Positions 10,802 through 21,917 of a stretch of DNA of 42,524 nucleotides are shown here, piece by piece. Origin of the DNA: Catajapyx aquilonaris (taxonomy: Eukaryota); contig KZ538884.1 in NCBI GenBank assembly GCA_000934665.2, forward strand, positions 1-42,524. Direction: 5' to 3'. The notes beneath the pieces are model-generated. The model saw only the letters and a list, made by a program, of their open reading frames with translations. It ran no database searches and was not told where the DNA came from. Every line of letters starts with the position of its first letter. The stretch's first letter is position 1. The position numbers were made by a program, and so were the translations under genes.

Positions 10802-11327
10802 TGTGACGGGATTGAGTCATGTTTGTTGGCTGCATGCCACGACTCTGATTCGACCTTGTACCTGGTGTCCAACAAGAATTGTCGCAGCGGCAGCGCACGA
10901 ACTAAAGTATCTCGTGTCCCTGTGCTCGTAGATTGTAGTTCGTGCGCTGCCGCTGCGACAATTCTTGTTGGACTTATAGTACGCCTACTCATCCAAGGTC
11001 CCTTTTTTCTCCTCTCTCTCCACGCGTTGCTCCCGTCCACCCTTGCGTTTCTCCCATCAACCCTTGCGGTCTGAGACTATTTATTGGGCCACCTCCTCAC
11101 ATTCGAGACCAGTCTAACTCTGTCACTCCTACCCGTTACTCTCCTCACCCTCGTTATCCTGGATTCTCTTTATCTCTATACAATTATTGCTATGCAGGGT
11201 TACGTATAATTATAGTGTAGTACTGTAGTATATATACGTAACCCTGCATAGCAATTGTTACTTCCTAAATAAATCTTTCTTGAGCTAAGAACCCACTGTG
11301 TTTTCTGTGTGCCGTAAACCGGTCACA
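10802..11327 (+). mobile_element. Solo LTR (526 bp), probably Gypsy-like
   Basis: TGTGAC...GTCACA termini, exact 4-bp TSD CAGA (10798-10801, 11328-11331), and AATAAA at 11268-11273 about 55 bp from the 3' end. Confidence 0.75.
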
Positions 11328-14300
11328 CAGATGTTTCCGCAGTTGGTAGGCTACACCAAAAATTGTAGTAAGAAAATGTCGCTTCCTTCAAAACTTGATA
11401 AAAATTTTAACACAATTTATTGTCATCATATCGAATTCTAGGCCAGTTCAAAAGGACGAACAGCAAAATATTTTAAAAAACAGCCGATAAATATTATTAT
11501 TCAAGATAGTTTCCTGTTCAAGAAAGAATCAAGGAAAAAAGTTACGAATTCTTCACCCCAGCTTCCAGCAAAAAAATTACAAAAAGTGAATGCGATCCTG
11601 GTTCATGCTTTCAAAAAGTTTCTTTTTTTATTTGATTACCCCTATACAGAGCAACGCTCCCTGAGGGGGATCTCGCCGCCCAATTATAATTCACATAGTA
11701 GCATTCTTTTAGAGAGACATTCAGAAAATATGATAAATTAATATTAATGACGCAGTAATACATAAATTATATTGTAGGGTTAAGTTACAACAAAAACTGA
11801 AAGTTATCGGGTGGGGTATTTAGATAATTAGAGAGGTTGCTGCATCTGGGGGTGTCTAAAATAGGGCAATCACATATCAAGTGGGGAAGCGATATTGGTT
11901 GCTGAATGTTACATCAATCACAACGTTGCTCGTGGGAAAATTTTATCAGGATGGTGTCAATTATTAAATAAAATGAGTTGTTGCGCACATGTAGGCTAAC
12001 CATATTATCAGGGGAGATAGTGTGGGGTTGCAATTTCAAAGTAAGTTTCCTGTCAATTACTGAATACAATTCGCTTGAAAATGGGGCCATGAAGCAGTGT
12101 GATTTTGAGTTATATAACATAAGAAAGTCAACGTATCCATTTCGTTAGATTTTAGACAAAATTATGCAACCTATTTTTTCTGTTTAAATAGATATAAAAT
12201 AATTTCATGCATGTTTAACATGAACGTTTTACTGCTATGATACTTTGCATGTACTGAGTACATAGGCTACCATTAACAAAACTCTTAAATATGATTGGAA
12301 GTAACATCTGAATAATGTCTTGATATGAGACGCGCGTGCATAATGCTCACCTTTTGTAGGCATGAACTACGTACGAGCATGAAGGCTCAAAAATATTTAT
12401 CCTGAAGTGGTTTTCCAATGTTGAATCCTTGTCTGAAATGCGTATCATGAGGGCGGAACATAAGGGGCCGGCAAAAAAAAGTTGTTGGATCGTCACATTT
12501 TTCTTGGCACAGGTGTGGTCGGGCTGCGAAGCTAAAAAAGGAAGAAAAAAGTCCATCTGGGAGACAGATTTGGGAGCGGAAGCCGGCTCTGACACTTTAA
12601 CTCGCGCGGAAGACTTTTCCCTTAAGGGCTCGTGCTTGCTTCCTTTCCTCGTGAGGACACTTTCAGGCAGCACTTTTTCTCAGGCTAACCAAATGTTTTC
12701 CAGCTTGATTTATTTGCAGCTAAACTGCAGAGTTCGGTCAACATCTCTTTTCTCAACTTCATTTATAAGGACTGTAGTCATTTCAGTTGAATGCTAAAAG
12801 ACTGTAGACAATGGGTGGAATTTTCGTAATACTACCAGTTACTTCTAACCTAGCAGTACCAGTGTAATGCAGTGATACTGCTAAGTTAACCCTTAGTGCG
12901 GTGGAAGAATTCCCTTAAGTAGTGAGGTGGTGGTCAAGTGCCCTCCAGTAGAAATTTTATTTATTTCCAGCTTTACATTCCAAGATTAACACCTCTAAAA
13001 AATATCATCAGATGCGACACTTCATTAGAAATGTCATTATCTACTCTGTCACATTGTACCTATTGTTTTTATGTAGCTAAAATATCCAGAATAACATGCT
13101 GCATATTCCTTCAAAAACAGTCCTAATGCCCACTTTAGCAACAATGAAATAATCCCAAAAAAGGTCCCCCCACGTCCCCCTTCCCTCACAAGGTCATTAT
13201 CAGCTGCTAGTGATAAGGAGCACCCGAGTTACCCTCCGTCTTGTCCCTCCAGATAAGAGTTTGACCTGGGACAGGTTTGGGCACGATTTGGGATTAATTA
13301 AGTTTTGCCTTATTATGTATATAATAAAATTAACACTATCTTGATGGACCTATTGTGGAATCTTCCTCCAATAGCCCACATACTCTCCTTCATCACCTTC
13401 CCGCTCCCACTCCCTCATGATAATTCTTGGTTGTGCAAATATAAATATTTATAACTCAAAAAAAGAGAGAAAGAGCATGACGTTGCACTTTCAATAATTA
13501 TTTGAAGGTGGGTAAGGCAAGCAGCAAGCCACATACCCGGCAGGATTATGGACGATAACAAAACTGATAACAGCATTGGGGGCCAGGCCTCCTGTAGTGA
13601 CCAGCTCTTTCCAACCCGACGCCTTTTTGCCAAATTTTAGAAAAATGCAATTTCTCGGTTTTTTATTATTACAATTTTACTAACAACGATTAAAATAAAC
13701 GAAAAATACTATAGTTGCGGAAATATTTTATTGACAATTAGAAAAATTCCCAAGATAATTGGAATATTTTAAATGCCATTTAAATGCAAAAATGAAGCCT
13801 TGGTGGTCAATTGCTCTCCAAATCACTAACTAATGGTTAAAAGTAACTAGCAGTAAGACGAAAATTCCACCCAATGTGCCAACGTCATTATTTTACCAGA
13901 GAATCTCCATGCTTACCGCCGACAATATCAAACATGTACGCCCACATGACTGCGACGGCAGAAGGAACGACGTGCACGCATGGTTATTCTGAATCAATTA
14001 GATAGGCATCCCTGACCAAGTGAGAGATAGGAATGAGTTCATATCTGGAAAGGGAGTTTCAGTGTTAATCGTTCATGAAAAATTCAGTCAGACACTTGGC
14101 GCATATATCTAACGAAGCGTCAACTTGATTTGAGAATATTCTCCGCGAACAAGTTGGGCGCTTCTTTTTTGCTCCACTCCATTATCCAGTTCCAGTTGAC
14201 AAAATGTTAACGACAATGGCGAATGCCATTTATAAGCAGACACGGAAGCCCGAAAAGACTCCTCTTATTGCGAGACACGAATTTATTCCTTGTTGGACCA

Positions 14301-14994
14301 ACAACTTTAAACTGTAGGCCTATACATTATTTTGAAAATAATTCATACTCGATAACGGAGTGCGTATTATTTTTGTCTAAGTAGCCTACCTTAATGAAAT
14401 AGACTTGCTACAAATAAACACACCATCACTTTCAGAAACCTGAAAATGAGAGAGCATAACTAAACCCAATCTTAAACTTTTGAATTTCGTTAGATAATTA
14501 TGTTGTATAACAAGACAATAATCTAGAAGTATCCCCCCATGTTATCAATAACAAGGCCTATATTTGTGCTGGAAACGTCAGAAGCAGCCAGATATGAAGG
14601 GAAATTAGATTCCATTTCCAGCGCTTGGAAAACCACATATTAGAAATGCCGGGACATTCCCCACCCTCCTTCTCCTTCTCCCCCTCCTTCCTATACCATT
14701 CCTTCCCCTCCCCCGCACCCCCCCCCCCCAATACGCTTCCACAGGAGACGAGCCATACAGACTAGCGAGTAGCTCCACACGGCGGCTTTGGAAATGGATG
14801 GCAGTCCCTCAGGGTGAAATGGAAAGAAAAAGAGGAAAAAATGTATCCGGCAGTGCCGATCGATCGCTATCTCACAAGAAGAAATTGAATATGTGAAATT
14901 GAAAAGTAGCATGAATATTGCTAAATATAGCCTGCCTTGGCTGCCAAATGCTGCTGGGGCACAGAAACGACCAACCAAGACGAAAAAGAAGTGA

Positions 14995-14996
<2 letters not shown>

Positions 14997-15028
<32 letters not shown>
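14997..15028. repeat. (GA)n microsatellite
   Basis: Visible dinucleotide run. Confidence 0.95.
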
Positions 15029-15029
<1 letters not shown>

Positions 15030-15642
15030 AAAACAGGCCCAAGTCCATAATCCCCTTTTCGTGTTTTAATTCTCCGTCCTTGCTCCTTGAGATTCCATCT
15101 TGCATGCAAATTTTTATCTTCCTTCTTTGCACAGCTGCAGGAAGAATAAAATAGAGTATTCCTCTTCACCCCAAATCTGACAAGTAATGGCCATATTATC
15201 TCCTTCAGAATCCTGCACGGATAAAAATTAAAATGCAGTTCCACCTTCAAGAATGATGTTAAAGAAAGCCGGGATTTCCTGGCAGAAGGTTCCAAGGAAC
15301 AGTCACAAAGTCCAATGATGAATGAAAAGGTAATAAGATCGGCCCTTTATAATTATATATTCAACTGAAAGTGGATCCAGAAACATATAAAGACACTCCA
15401 AATTTATTAATGTAATAAAAATAATGGTTAAATAAATTATTACTGTATATGAAACTTGGTAAACGTGTGCACTGGCTAACACGACCGTTGCATCAAATAT
15501 ATTGTAGAAAAAAACGTTACCCTCTCATGCCCATTCAAGTTCACACATGACAGCGTTACAGGACATAACGGAAATAATATAAAACTCTTTCTAGTGAAAT
15601 TCATTGTTCATAATCATAAAATTAAATCAGCAGTAGATTATA

Positions 15643-15970
15643 CTGTAAAACTTATATAAGTCGAATCCCCATGGGAACGGAAAAAACTTCGAGTTATAGA
15701 AGATTCGAGTTAGAGAAGTTTGGCTTTTTTTGAGCACGGAACTCTATACGGAAGCCTATACCTTTATATCCAGCGACGAAAGGTGTTCAAAACTTTAAAA
15801 TAAAATTCTGCCACTATGTTAATTAATTAATTAATTACAATGTTCCTCGTTATATTGTTGTAAAAAAAACTCCGTTATGGACATTTGCCTCCTCTTAGAT
15901 TCAAGGATTCAATTGTCACAATCGAGTCAAACACTTCTTTCGGTACGTCTGGTAGACTGAGATCAGGAAA
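15643..15970 (-). mobile_element. pogo/Tigger transposon 3' remnant with transposase C-terminus
   Basis: Tigger-like end TA|CTGTAAAACTTATATAAGTCGAA with repeated TTCGAGTTA. The minus strand encodes PDVPKEVFDSIVTIE (frameshift) RRQMSITEFF, the typical pogo C-terminal QxxIxxFF motif. Confidence 0.7.
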
Positions 15971-16131
15971 TTGAGCCTTTCTGTATGTACATGTGGCCTA
16001 TACTCTCGGGACACTTCCCTCGTTCCGGATACTGCCTATACTGGCCTAAACAGGTTGCAGTTTAAAGTGAAATATTATGATAAAGCCTCCATTTTACATT
16101 TAAAATTCCTGGTCAGCTAGGACCTGCTAGA

Positions 16132-16164
16132 CAGTGGTTCCCAACCTTTTTCGGGTCGCGACCC
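16132..16164. mobile_element. Single hAT-Charlie-like terminus
   Basis: CAGTGGTTCCCAACCTTTTTCGGGTCGCGACCC matches Charlie-type ends. The opposite end was not found. Confidence 0.55.
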
Positions 16165-16238
16165 TTTTTGATGAGGCCTTTTTTGGAGAATTATTTCTTT
16201 CGGTTAGTGGAATTGGTAAAACCCCCAATGCACATATA

Positions 16239-16662
16239 CAGGGTGTATATGAACTCAGTGCCCCGACGTATATGACTGCCTTCCTAGCCACCAGAGGATC
16301 GATTTAAGTATAGGAATCATATGTCTGGGCAGCCTCATTACTGAGATACTTTCTTTAGCGATTTTTGCCTAATCGCTCCTTCTGACTTTTAAATAGAATT
16401 TTCTGGTGTAACTAGCCAAAGAGGCCTTACCACCTGTGGGCAACAAACCAACAAAGTCCCGCCCCCAGACCTTCCAGAGCCTTCTGACTGGGGGAGGGTT
16501 CGATGGGTGGCCTAACCGACAGGATATTTTGTACTACATGTTTGCGGCCAATTATCTCAGTAATACGGCGGCCAGACATAATGACTCCTATACTTAAATC
16601 GATCCTCTGGTGGCTAGGAAGGCAGTCATATACGTCGGGGCACTGAGTTCAGATACACCCTG
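16239..16662. mobile_element. Tc1/mariner-type MITE with ~110-bp TIRs
   Basis: TA|CAGGGTGTATATGAACTCAGTGCCCCGACG...CGTCGGGGCACTGAGTTCAGATACACCCTG|TA. The outer ~75 bp are nearly perfect. Confidence 0.92.
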
Positions 16663-17034
16663 TATAGCAAGAGAAAGAGAAACACCGAGAAAATGCGCCT
16701 ATGGAATTGGTTTTCCTCTAAAATGTACAAATAAATTTTTATAGCATTTAATTGGCCACTTGCTCAGTCACATGCCCAAGAATGAGGACCCCGACAATAT
16801 ATTAGTGATATATTTGCGTTACATCATTCATATTTGGTGACACAAGTTGTGACCGACATAAGGTTCAGTATGTTAAGTTTGAGGCCTGGGTCATGCATGG
16901 TTCGCGAGAAAATAATAGATAATGTTTTGCAGATATACCGTTAATTTCACTCTTCTACAAAAACCCTTTTTGCTTTTTCTGAAGATGTGAATAGTGATTC
17001 TTATAGTACTGTTCACCCTGATTCCCAATCTGTA

Positions 17035-17407
17035 CTTAGAATTGTGCTGTCAGGCACAGTTTTTGAGATATACTGCATTTACTGCATTTACTAATAGACT
17101 ATTTGAGGGGGTGAAAATCAAAAACCGACAGCTCCGTCATAAACGTAACGGAGAAAAACGAGAAAAACCTACAGTTTCGCCGTATATGTCAATGTAAATT
17201 CCTGACTTTAGCGGCTATTCCCATGTACATATGTAGGGTTTTTGATACCATATTTAGGTATTATGTAGTTCATGGCATGCGGAATGCATTTCCGGCGCTA
17301 ACTCATTTAATTTATTTTCTGGAGCTGTCGGTTTTTGATTTTCATCCCCTCATTTATTAGTAAATGCAGTATATCTCAAAAACTGTGCCTGACAGCACAA
17401 TTCTAAG
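17035..17407. repeat. Inverted repeat (~90-100-bp arms), internal part of a DNA transposon
   Basis: CTTAGAATTGTGCTGTCAGGCACAGTTTTTGAGATATACTGCATTTAC...CCGACAGCTCC (17035-17135) is mirrored at 17321-17407. No TSD was recognised. Confidence 0.8.
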
Positions 17408-18618
17408 ATCAAAATGGTTCAGAATTTCCCGCTAGTGGCGGCGCCACCTATCTTGTTGCGTGATCCTAGCGCCGCACGTGGCAACCCTCCTCGGTGGGGG
17501 AGATTAGCTAAGCTCACAGGGGGAGCAATGTACATAAGGTATACGAGTGACTGGCGGCTGCTTTAGAATGTTACTGGCGAAACGTCCAATCATTTGACAT
17601 TGCAGTTAGCATAATCTATTAACTGCATCCATCTGAAAATGATAAAAATACACAAGGTACTAATGTCAAGGCTAATGTTATAAGAAAATAGCTACAAAGC
17701 TGCATAACGTTCTTAAAAATGATTACTTTTTCTATCACAGTTTTGTCCCGCTTTCCAGTACTCGATAAATTCTTATTTCAGTTCAAAGAGACCAGGGGAC
17801 GTGGAACATTGACAAGAGGGCGTGTGGTGTTACCTATACTCTATCAAATAACTTTATTACTCGAAACTTTGACGACATAGAGGTGTGTATTATCACTTTG
17901 GTCGTCCAATTTAGAGAGTCAATTTCTCATAAGGCCAATTATGTTTTGCAACCTCCAACCTATCAATAATCTTGTCATAATTATGGTGTGCTCTAATGTT
18001 CGTTATTAGTGGTCATTCACAATAACTTGTAATGCAGCTGGCACCTAGAGTAAGGGAGTTTTTGAAAGAGAGACAGAAGCTCTCTCTTGTGACAATCATG
18101 TGAAAGTGACCAATCTAGACTCTAGAGCGAAGCTCTATTACATACTATATTCTGGATAATGCTTATAGGCCTATTGACTCTACTAATTTTTTCTTCTGAA
18201 ATTCATGGTTACTTAATCTTGGAAATTGGAAAATAACGTAGGGCAAACGAGAAACACTCTCATTTTGTAAAACCCTGTATTCTTCCCGTGTTATGACTGT
18301 TACAGATTGCTACAACCTATACCTTTACCTACTACGCGTATATATACCTATACATAGAGGCAAATTTAGAAGCCCTTTCCTGTTATTGAAATCCTAAGTA
18401 TATGCTACTGGTTGATAAACTGTGAAAGGGTGAGTAGTGTCTCTCTGAAACACAGTTTGGAAGGGATAAAAGACAGAACTGTACACAAAGAAGTCGATTA
18501 TGAAAAGTTCACTCATTTCCTCTGATAAACTTCCGTCACATGTCTTCTGCACTCGAGAGAAAAGATGCCAGCTTTGCCTAGATATAGCATCGGGGTTGGT
18601 TGACCGCGACAGAATATA

Positions 18619-18668
18619 CAGGGTGGTCCAACAATAAAGGACCCCTGCTTACATGTTAGACCACCCTG
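18619..18668. mobile_element. 50-bp minimal Tc1/mariner-type MITE
   Basis: TA|CAGGGTGGTCCAACA...TGTTAGACCACCCTG|TA; 15-bp TIR with 1 mismatch. Confidence 0.8.
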
Positions 18669-20451
18669 TATGAGTATAATTATATCAATCCTTATATAAT
18701 GGTAGAAGCCAGGATCAGGAATAATACTGCACAAATTTTACTCGCCGCAAAATGTCTGTTATGCTTTAACTTGCAATTTCCATGTCCTACCTAGAAACTA
18801 TGTAGGGTATTTACGTACTATTTTAACTAGAGCGCATGCACAATTCCAAATAAAGTTTCACGCCACTGTATACAGTATGTGGCTCATTTGCGCGTCAGTG
18901 CTATTTTCAGAGCCGGGTCAAAAAGGGCCAAGGGTGTCGTTAGGTTTACCAATTTTTTTGGCCACAACACGGAAGTAATTGGGAGTAAGGCAGCTGTGCT
19001 CGACGGCCAGTCTTTAATAAGCGCGGGACAATGGCATTTCATTGCGCAAATGTATCAGCGCCCCATCCCCACAGCAGGCTTCTCATTTCATCTCTGCATA
19101 AGCTACGACCAGAAAGCTTTCATCAAATTTGTATAATGCACAAGTCAAAAAAATGCTCGGTCTGTTCCACTGGAATGCTGGTCGCTCACTAATTAAGTGC
19201 CAAAAGCAGGAATATTTCGGTCATCTATACAATAAAGCAATATTATACAATAGATGAGGTGTAGGGATCATTGGAGAGCATGGCGATGAGTTAGATCGAT
19301 TATTAAAACCTGTTTTGGTCTTTTCTTATGCCGATGAATACTTCTCTCCCTGCTCATTGTCGTTAACTCCTAAGCTTAGGCCTTGCAAAATTACCCTTTG
19401 GATGGGAGGTCCTAATCTAGCAAGGGGGTCGAGGTTACGTTGAAGACATTCTTCATTCCCTTCCTGATTGATGGGCAGGATTTAGGGCCTGGAATTAGGG
19501 CTTGGTCGGATTATTGATGTGTGATTTGGTAGCAAGGAAAAGGGAGCTGTAGGAGAAAAGGGGAACCATGGATGGAGTGGGGAGGGAGAAAAAGAGAGAC
19601 CTCTTTACGTCTTGTTTCAGGAAAATTCATAAAAGAAGGTATTGTAGCAGCAAGAGCATGCCTATCTGTCTCCTACATTGCATTCATTCATCATACTCCT
19701 ATTAGGTAACTATTACAGAGGATTTTCTCCTGAAGGTAACTTACTGGATACATCTACGATTTCATGTTCGTTTTCTTTCAGTGCATTGTACAAAAGAAGA
19801 ATAGCGAATAATAAGAGACGAGAGAAACTTATTGAAATGCTGCGTTTTATTTCATATTTACTGGTGCAGTCCTTCCTCGCAACTTTTGCTTCCCATTGTG
19901 TGTACTATATTTGTCAGGTTTTTTTAAAGTGGACAATAATGTTTGTTAGCCCTAACTATAAATCGATACTCTAAACATTAATATCATAATAACATTCCGC
20001 CTTCATAGTTTAAACAACATAATGGGAACCACACCTATTTGCACACAATTCGCAATAGGCCTATAGACACACAGGACAAGATCATATTCTTGATGTTCCT
20101 GTTTCACTATGAAGACGTGTTTGAGATACATCAATGCTGATAAGATGGTTCATTATTCACCGCAGATTTATCACTATTGTTAGTGTTGCTACTGTGTGAG
20201 TTCATAATGATGTTCTGACCACAGAGGGGCTTTCACCTCGCATCACGAAGTAGTCACATCAATGGAGTCAGGGGCATCGATCAAAGCCAGAGAAGATAGG
20301 ACCTGGAGAAAGGACTTCACCAACGTCTTAACAGTGCAGTGCCTGAGGATCACTTTACGTAGAGGTGTAATTATTTTGGTGTATGTAGCCTACCCAAGTT
20401 ACAGAGAAAATGGGCTTTCAAACACCAGGAAACAAATTAATATCCAGGTAT

Positions 20452-20675
20452 TTCGATCCCCGGATCGGACAGAGGATGCTTATGTGGATAGAATTTCGAT
20501 GTGTTCTTTCCGTGTTCGCGTGGGTTTTCTCGGGGTTCTCCCGTTTCTTCCCACTATCAAAATCCATCACAGCAAAGGCAATGATTAAAGTCGGTCACTT
20601 AAAAAAATATCATCCCCTAAAAAGCCCAAGGAGGCTTATCACGGGGTATCCATTATTATCATTATTATTAATATT
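20452..20675 (+). mobile_element. 5'-truncated tRNA-derived SINE with V-domain-like core; same family as 36905-37212
   Basis: Starts within box B (TTCGATCCCC). Core CCGTGTTCGCGTGGGTTTTCTCGGGGTTCTCCCGTTTCTTCCCAC, then a tail hairpin, ATCACGGGG and (ATT)n. Confidence 0.85.
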
Positions 20676-21141
20676 AACGAGTAAACCATATTATTTCTGC
20701 TTCTGATAAATCCTTCCATAAAATCCTAACAGTGATGTGTAATAATCACACTTTGTCTCCTGGAAATAAAAGTATTCATTAGGCTTATTTTCCTCATTAT
20801 AACTGAGTTAGATCAACAGTATATGCGTAGCTGCACCTACTGCACTGCGCGGAGTACAATAATTTTCGGCCATTTTAGTATCCTAATAATGTCTTGATTT
20901 TTAATAAACTTTCCCCTGTAAAAAATTACAGGCACATGCCCCAGGTTTTACAACCTATACAGGTATATAGGCTTGCATTCTATGTAACTCTTTGAGTATA
21001 TAATAAGTCATGTATCAAGCATAGGAGTCCAACAGCGTCAAATACAACAGATTCGAGTTGTACACCCATGACGAAGATTTCGAAGGCAACAGGAAAAGCA
21101 TAGTGCTACATTGCAAGAAGTGAACAGGCAAGTTGACTTAC

Positions 21142-21348
21142 AGTAGACTTCGACTTGGACGGTGTTGGAGGCCGGGAGACTGATGTTGTTGTTGATGGCT
21201 TGGCAGGTAAAGGCGGCGTGCAGGTCATCTCTTTCTAAGCGACTTACTTCGAGTTTGTTCTGGACGGCGCCGGCAGGAGATATGGCTCGGGCTTCGGACC
21301 GAAGTAATGTCCCCCCTCTCCACCACGTTACTACAGGAGCTGGTCGAC
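21142..21348 (-). CDS. Internal coding exon of a Sidestep-family / nephrin-like Ig-superfamily cell-surface protein (C-terminal part of an Ig domain)
   Basis: Acceptor TTTCAG| and donor |GTAAGT; 207 bp, phase 1-1. Peptide GRPAPVVTWWRGGTLLRSEARAISPAGAVQNKLEVSRLERDDLHAAFTCQAINNNISLPASNTVQVEVY has the Ig C-strand W and F-strand C. It also fits the Side-family pattern GRP.P.V.WW...N.L....L.R.DL.A..TCQA.NNN...P. The paralog cannot be assigned. Confidence 0.92.
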
Positions 21349-21884
21349 CTGAAATCATAATAGTCATCATTAAAATTACCTCATGATTACACTTAAACCC
21401 AAGCTTAAACCTAAGATACCAGTTTGCATCAAACATTCGCATTGTGAGGAAGGGTGTTCCTTGCGAGAACTTCATCATGTCTCGACCATATGCTTAGAAT
21501 TCCAAGAATATCCTCACAGTGTTGGTGTGATGCTCGTTTCCCCCGGAAGCCTTACCTGACCTGTACACACAAACTGTACACTCGCACCCAAAGGAGTTTT
21601 TCTCCCGGCATACGTGTATATGGTCTAACTCTATAAATTATTGTCCAATCAGTTTCATGTAATTAGAAATCAAGTATTTTCCAAGGCGACATAATTAGCG
21701 CTATAGTTGTTAAATAATTATATTGATCATAAGGAACTGGGAACTTTATTATGAACCATGTTACATAGGCGTGTATTTATGCTCAGCAATTTTCAAAACC
21801 ATAAATTGGAGTGATCTAAGGTCTCCGGGATGTCAATATACCCACAGCAGCCCTTTCGCCTTTTTCACCCTGTATCATCTTTCT

Positions 21885-21917
21885 CTCCTCCTCCTCCTCC
21901 TCCTCCTCCTCCTCCTC
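21885..21917. repeat. (CTC)n microsatellite
   Basis: Visible triplet run. Confidence 0.95.

Noticed and set aside
12347..12673. Possible next Side exon (PESVLTRKGSKHEPL...)
   Set aside because: Lacks the Ig Cys/Trp pattern and convincing splice sites.
19255..19622. Possible Penelope/LINE remnant
   Set aside because: No diagnostic RT or GIY-YIG motif could be read; BLASTX is needed.
20100..20360. Possible decayed non-LTR RT fragment on the minus strand
   Set aside because: The similarity is impressionistic and needs several frameshifts.
21038..21478. 146-aa ORF as a complete gene
   Set aside because: Only 21142-21348 is Ig-like and it is bounded by splice sites; the flanks are intron read-through.
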